Shown here: in pieces, positions 60,603 to 64,000 of the stretch | Layout: every line of letters starts with the position of its first letter | Position numbering within the stretch: the stretch's first letter is position 1 | Source of the DNA: Phoronis australis | Lineage: Eukaryota; Animalia; Phoronida | Direction: 5' to 3' | Assembly: GCA_002633005.1 (NCBI GenBank) | Contig: NMRA01000636.1 | Location: forward strand, 109,529 to 173,528 | Length of the DNA: 64,000 nucleotides | Notes under the pieces: generated by a model | The model's input: the letters and a program-made list of their open reading frames with translations, nothing else | Told to the model about the DNA's origin: nothing | Database searches by the model: none | Program-made: the position numbers and the translations under genes

Positions 60603-61844
60603 TTTCAGCTTACAACACACTAAACAATCCCTAAATCCAACGTAGTTGAGTTCTCCACTAACCTATCTTGCCGCAGAATACTCGCCCATGGAAAGTGGTG
60701 GCGACAATCGTTGAAAAACAGCACAAAACAAAAGTAGAATAGAATAGATTCGCACGGTAAACTCAACGCAAAACCAAGTGGCGGGAAACGCTTGCCTCCT
60801 AAAATGTCACTTCCGCAGTAGAGGACGAGTAATTAATAAAATTACGAAAAGCTGTAATTAAGTGGAAAACATGTCTAGGATAACCAACCAACCTTATTTT
60901 AGCTCAAAATGACATGGAAAAAGGTTGCCTTCGCCTTTAATGACCATCAGGTTGGTGACCTTGACGTCATCGAAGTTATCTCAAGGTAGCGCTGCACGAT
61001 AAGATTTTTTCAATGTGACAATTTTGGAACATTTAAATGTTTTAACTGACATTAAACTCATTTTTAAATCGCTTGGTTATCATTAGAGCAAAAAATAAGT
61101 AGTTATTAGTGATGGCACTACTCAGTAACTGTTGACGATAACAGTGGCATCTGGCGATAACTTCGATTGGACCAGGGTTAAGCGTTCATACTGCACCGCA
61201 GCGTCGACGCTGCGGTCTTAAATCCACCTGTTAACTGCGATGTTAACTGGAGCTGTTAACTGCGATCCAGGACCGGAGTTAAGCGTTCATACTGACCCCA
61301 ACTCCCCAAATCATCGACGCGTCGACGTTAGTATGAAAGGCCCTTCAGATGCTCAAACTCCCCTTTGGACTAAGATAAATAAACCTAGTGGTGCTTCAGG
61401 GCTTTACAAAATGTCACCACTTTCGGACAAAAATAATTGCCATAATAGCTCTTTTTCATTTCCAAGGGCGTCTAATGTAATTGAATGTCCAAAATTTTTC
61501 AAAATATTGTCTATTAAGAGTTATAGTGCAGAACTTGAACATGGAAACATTAATTTACTGCTGCATATCTTCAATAGAAAAAAGAAAAATGTGTCCTAAT
61601 TAGGTGAGATTTTATGGTAAACAAGTATGCCAACATTAAAACTGCCGCAGCACATAGTCATCAATGGCCATGTGATACAGCAAAAACTGGGCAAGAATTC
61701 AGCCCAATCAAACTCTCACCCCAACTTTGTCAAGTTTGGGCCAACAAGGTGGCTTTTGTTGTCTCAGTTAAGTATTGGTAAAAAGTACATGATAACACTT
61801 TGTATTCATATCCCATGAGGCAATAACCAAGACCTTGTTTCAAG

Positions 61845-62265
61845 GTACCTAAACTACACGGTCAACGGACTCACAAACACGACTCACAGAACCACAAACA
61901 CCGCCCACTGACTCACAAGCACGGGAACGGACTCACAAAACACGATCCACGCACCCAAATACACGGACACGTTCTCATATTCACGAGAAAACACGGTTAA
62001 CGAACCACCAAACACGGTTTACAGACAAAATGAAGATGTCAGCTGACCCAGGAAGCCGATGAGTTCGTGACCCTTGTTTGGCAGTACGTTAACCGTGTTT
62101 CCTCGTGAATATGAGTCCGTGTCCCATGTATTTGGGTGCGTGGATCGAGTTTTATTCATTCGCTCCCGTGTTTGTGAGTCAGTGGACGGTGTTTGCAGGT
62201 CCTTAAGTTGTGTTCATGCGTCCGTGCCAGTGTTTATGAGTCCGTTGACCGAGTAGTTTAGGTAC
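61845..62265. mobile_element. ~420-bp near-palindromic MITE/foldback
   Basis: GTACCTAAACTACACGGTCAACGGACTCA...TGAGTCCGTTGACCGAGTAGTTTAGGTAC; ~175-bp arms built of actcacaaacacg-like subrepeats. Confidence 0.85.
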
Positions 62266-62919
62266 TTTGTGTTTGCCACATACCTGTGTCTGTCTGTAAA
62301 CAGGTATGTGAACTTCATCAGGTTATAAGGGGTGCAAAGAGGAGAGTACAATACACTCATTCACATCTTCTGATCAAGTGAATCTTAGCAGTGTCCAGGA
62401 CTTGAATGCCAATACCTAAATGGCCCCCATACATTTGATACACTGTTTTTTTCTTTCTGACAACTACATATGCTCAGTATTGGAGAACATTTCAAAATGC
62501 GGAGAGAATCTGGGGATTTGAAATGTCAGCTCTGTTAATCCCAAAGCCAGTATTTACACTGTTAGTCCACAATACAAAGAAAAAAAAGCAAGTCTTTACA
62601 TTATTACAATTAAACTTTAAAAAAACTATTACAATCTGAAATTATAATTATTTCTGACCTCCCTGGCATCGGCTGACCAACGAAGCCAAGACTTAAGGGA
62701 TAAATAATCAGGAAGTTTTTGTGTCAAAACCCATCAATATTTTCATACTGATGGTATAGATTTATTATCAAGCACTGTTCTCACCATTTATTACCTATTA
62801 TCAGAGAAATCTGCATTTTCTGGGTTTTCCATAGGGCAAAAACCAAAGATCAGCCTGTTTACTCTTCCCAGTTCACCACATCAGCCCGAACACCCTACGC
62901 ATGCTCAACTCAAAATCAT

Positions 62920-63700
62920 GGACCCGTGTGCAGGAATACAAAGGGTAGATTTCATGAAGATCCATAAAAGAACTTAGTATATATCAAGGCAGATGCAATG
63001 ATAACTTGTCACTAGGGTGCACCACAGTAGTCAGATACATCGACACCAGCTGTGCCTTCTTCAATGAGAAGAAATGTGCTAAATTTCATGAAGAGCGATT
63101 GAAGAGCATAGTAGATTCTGAGGCAGTTGCAAAAAAAGCTATAATTGCCACTGGGGGCACAACTATAGAACAATCCAAAAATTAATGTCAGCCATGTTCT
63201 CCTCAATAGGAACCATTAATTTTCACGATTCTTCAAGCAGTTTGCGGATGGGAAGGCAGATGTCGAAAAACAAAAACAATAAAAACGGGCACTAGGGGCT
63301 CAGAAAAGGCAGAATCCACTTGAAATTAAGCAGGTGCAATTATTCCTTTCATAGAAACTTGTATGCCAGATCATGAAAACCTATCTAAGCACTTGGTAAA
63401 AATTGAGACACACGGAAAGAAAACCTGAATAGCTCCTAGGGGATGCCAAAGTAGTCAGTCTCAATCTGGAATGTCAGCCATACCCACCTCCACAGGGACT
63501 CCAAAAAATTTCATGAAGGCCCATCAGGGCAGTTGGTAGATACTGATTGTCATTGAGTGCGCTACTGTAGACAGATCTATATGGAAATCAATGTCAGCCA
63601 AATTTCATAAAGTACATTAAGGAACTTTGTAGATATTGAGGCAGAGACAAAAACTCAAAATTCCCAACAGGTATTGCTACTGAAGCCACACCTGTCAAAA
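62920..63700 (-). repeat. Old diverged relative of family A
   Basis: gtcactagggtgcac (~63008), gccactgggggcac (~63147), gcactaggggctc (~63289), ctcctaggggatgc (~63433) at ~140-bp spacing with aaatttcatgaa blocks. Confidence 0.6.
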
Positions 63701-63747
63701 AAAGCAAAAACACTTGAGCTCTCTAGAAGAACACGCATCAAGTATTA

Positions 63748-64000
63748 CGCTAAAATCGCGAGATTTTCAGACGGCCTGCCATTTTGGGACAAGAATTAAT
63801 ATTTCCATAGTCCACAAAAATTCGTACAAGGTTCAAAAACTGTTTTTCAATGGTTCACGAATTTCAAACAATGTTATAAATATGGGATTTCTGGCTCGCG
63901 AACTTTGGACAGGAAAAATGTTAGAAATGCTAATTTCGAATAGACGCAACTCTCATGCCGCAAAAGTGTTCAATGGATGATTATTACTTCACAAGGCTTG
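63748..64000 (+). mobile_element. pogo-like element left end, same family as 16188-16468, runs off the window
   Basis: TA|CGCTAAAATCGCGAGATTTTCAGACGGC...; colinear similarity to 16188-16453. Confidence 0.72.

Larger units (their letters stand above)
59246..60936 (+). mobile_element. Kolobok-like DNA transposon, internally deleted, with two convergent ORF remnants
   Basis: TTAA TSD, AG...CT termini, ~155-bp TIRs; THAP transposase 5' part on +, Cys-rich second ORF on -. Confidence 0.88.
59152..61344. mobile_element. Harbinger-like MITE (TSD TCA) hosting the Kolobok insertion
   Basis: tca|AGGCCCTTTCATATTGAC...GTTAGTATGAAAGGCCCT|tca; cgttcatact subrepeats on both sides of the insert. Confidence 0.75.

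Overview
Animal (bilaterian invertebrate, probably protostome/lophotrochozoan by inference) genomic DNA, AT-rich, with three assembly gaps (N at 16469, 32151-32308, 44597). It holds one host gene on the minus strand: a PRL/PTP4A phosphatase with 5 coding exons (56459-56346, 40605-40513, 15375-15245, 13883-13809, 12135-12021; 175 aa, CAAX end CSVM). The gene has a candidate uORF-bearing 5' leader and a likely ~2.5-kb 3' UTR. Much of the rest is nested transposon-derived DNA. Two Helentron-type non-autonomous families stand out: family A carries tandem ~145-bp subunits each with a CTCF-consensus motif, and family B carries ~1-kb units packed with YY1/NRF1/ETS/CCAAT/E-box motifs. Also present are three Kolobok-type TTAA elements with THAP remnants (one with a P2X7-ballast-like second ORF), pogo-like TA elements carrying decayed USP-deubiquitinase and HIRAN-like cargo, Harbinger- and hAT-like MITEs, an internally deleted CR1-like LINE, a Gypsy LTR/gag remnant and a 37-bp minisatellite. 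There is no CRISPR array or prokaryotic operon. Family assignments come from reading motifs by eye; no database searches were run.
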